Source of the DNA: Sphyrna mokarran
Taxonomy: Eukaryota
Length of the DNA: 64,000 nt
Reading direction: 5' to 3'
NCBI GenBank assembly: GCA_024679065.1
Contig: JAGIQG010000001.1
Coordinates: forward strand, 153,698,001-153,762,000
The notes below the pieces were generated by a model that saw nothing but the letters and a program-made list of their open reading frames with translations, had not been told where the DNA came from and ran no database searches. This document shows, piece after piece, positions 61,940-64,000 of this stretch. A program made the translations under genes and the position numbers. How positions within the stretch are numbered: the first letter of the stretch is position 1; the number at the start of each line of letters is the position of its first letter.

Positions 61940-63680
61940 TTTAGCACAATTACTTATGTTTGGTGGTTGTTTTGTCCCATGAGTAGGATGTTGTCTAACA
62001 TCAGTCATGTTCTTCATCTGGGGTATCGATGTCTGAATCAGATACAATGCTTATAAATGGTGTTTTCAGTGTTTTGGAGAATGACGTGTTTAATATGATG
62101 GTTTGTGAAGTGTATTTAGCAGTGATCATTGATTCTTTTGTGTTGGTCACAGCAAAAGGCTGGCGGTCATTAGGGATTGTTAGCTTTCACAAGTTCTTTA
62201 ACACCTGGCTTTATGTTTCATGTTTCATGTTTCACTCTGCAATTATTTGCATTTGCTCCTTCTGTTCTCAATCGTGTTTGGTTGCATGATAGTCATTAAC
62301 TCTGTGGAGTAGATTAGCAATCTGTATGCAGATAGGATGTGCAAAGCTGAGTGTAATTGGTCATTCTCCAACAGTCAATCAAGGAGTCATTCTGTACTCG
62401 CAAAGAAAGTGATGCAGCTCTTATTCCAGTAGTTCCCTATAGCTGTAGCTCTCTGTAGTTTTGTGAGTCAATTGTTTCAAAGTATGTACAAATCTCTCGA
62501 CTTTTCCTTTAGCTCTTGGCCAATAAGATGGGATTTTTCGATGACTGTAGTTCACAACTCCACTGAACTCATTGCTATTGGAAATTGTTGTGGGGGGAAC
62601 ATTGTCACTTCTCCTTGTTTAAAGTCCAAACAAAGACAAAATCTGGTCAGGCTTTGGGACAACTGCGACGATTGAACAAAGGTGAGGTTACACTTTCTAA
62701 GATATAGGCAGATATACAGGTGTGTCGAGATGAAAATGTCCTCACTGATGTTTTCCCTTCAAGACCTTCAAGTGCAGAATGCACCATGTGTTAAAATACT
62801 TCAGCTGCGGTATTGGCTCCAAATTTGAAAAGGTGGAGAATTACATAAGATATCTTGATTTTCCTGCAAGCTCAATATGATGGTGGCACATTGAGGCCAA
62901 AGTGTTTAGTATCATTCACATTCTCTGTGATGTAATTGATTATAGGTCATATGTGTCTTCCCAGTCAAACAGCTTTGGTTTGTTCACTACACAACAACAC
63001 AAATTCTAATCTACGTCTTGCTCTTGGGTTCTGTAGAAGAGGGTTTTCCCCTCAAGGCTATGTAGTGTCCCTAAACCTATGGGTATATGTTTTTATTAGC
63101 CTAATTAGCTCCCCTACAGCAGGTTCCTTGAATGGCTTGTACAGATGAGACACAAGGTGTAGTAGTCTCATTCCCAACTTTCTCTGGCTCGGGGCATTGC
63201 CCACGCTAAATGAATAGCGTACCTGAACAGGTACCGAAGTATGGCGACTAGGAGATTTTCACAGTAACTTCATTGTAGTGTTAATGAAAGCCTACTTGTG
63301 TGGCAATAATAAATAAACTTCTCAATAATGTCAAGTAGCCACTGATGATTCTTTCTCTGTTAGCTATCTGCAATAAAATGGTAGTCATAACTATTGATTT
63401 TATTGTAACTGGGCTTACACTAGGGTCTATCTACATTGCATGTAATACCTTTCAGTTTGACAATGCCAGTGGAGTGGTCAGCATTCAATTCATAAAGATT
63501 GCTGATATGTAGAGGAACTGTAAAAGTGATTGCAATCATGTACAGATCTTTTGCTGAGTGGAAACTGATAAATGTGTCACATTCTTCTGATACAACATGG
63601 AATACAACATTCATTCTAATAAATGAGGTTAGCATTTCCAAAGTCCCAAGAAGTTTCCATAGTTTGTCACTGTTGTGTGC
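61940..63680 (-). mobile_element. Highly decayed Ty3/Gypsy pol (PR-RT linker, integrase core and C-terminus)
   Basis: Minus-strand pieces GIVKLKG/IDPSVSPV (about 63400-63470), SDNVPP..SNEF..HRKI../WPRAKGKVERFVHTLK../LHHFLCEYRMTP (about 62380-62610), KLTIP..QPFAVTNTKESMITAK (about 62110-62190). Confidence 0.7.
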
Positions 63681-63684
63681 AACA

Positions 63685-63975
63685 TGGTGGCACAATGTTT
63701 GACACTACTGCCCCACAGTGCCATGGATCAAGGCTCAGTTCCATCCCCAATATGTGTGGAGTTTGCATATTCTCTCTATATCTATGTGTGTTTCCTTCAG
63801 GTGCTCTGGTTTCCTCCCATTGTCCAAAGATGTTCCGGTGAGGTGGATTGACCATGGTAAGTGCACGGGAATAACATGAGGGTGTGGAACTGGGTGAGAT
63901 GCTGTTTTGGAAAGTCAGTGCAGACTCAATGGGCTGAATTCCCTCCTTCTGTGCTCCTTCTATGGATTCTATGGC
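63685..63975 (+). mobile_element. HE1-type V-SINE
   Basis: TGGTGGCACAATG head, V domain, ..TTCTGTGCT..GGATTCTATG tail. Confidence 0.82.
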
Positions 63976-64000
63976 AAGGGAAGATTTTCATGTTCCCTGG

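Overview
Eukaryotic vertebrate DNA, very probably a shark: it is dense in CR1 LINEs, HE1-type V-SINEs and Penelope-derived elements. One host gene is supported, SCOC (short coiled-coil protein), on the minus strand. It has four coding exons (28391-28325, 21528-21457, 12986-12903, 12600-12458), all joined in phase 1 with GT-AG sites. They give a 121-aa isoform with an N-terminal LIR motif and an 82-aa isoform starting at MMNAD. There is also a candidate alternative non-coding first exon and promoter near 27.2-27.4 kb. The rest is repeats: three long CR1 copies at 30-40.6 kb (partly nested), many CR1 fragments, an RTE 3' end, a decayed Gypsy pol, Harbinger-like remnants, about 15 V-SINE pieces with two tail types, four minisatellites and two local duplications. 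The most unusual items are (1) a diverged, near full-length U2 snRNA homologue fused to a 60-69-bp tandem array, (2) a CpG-rich CR1 carrying a headless V-SINE core domain in its own 3' UTR, (3) a 2.2-kb array of 28-bp units that are each a hairpin, and (4) small Penelope-derived foldback elements with minimal hammerhead ribozyme cores. Repeat boundaries were judged by eye and are approximate. Family names come from recalled consensus motifs, not database searches.
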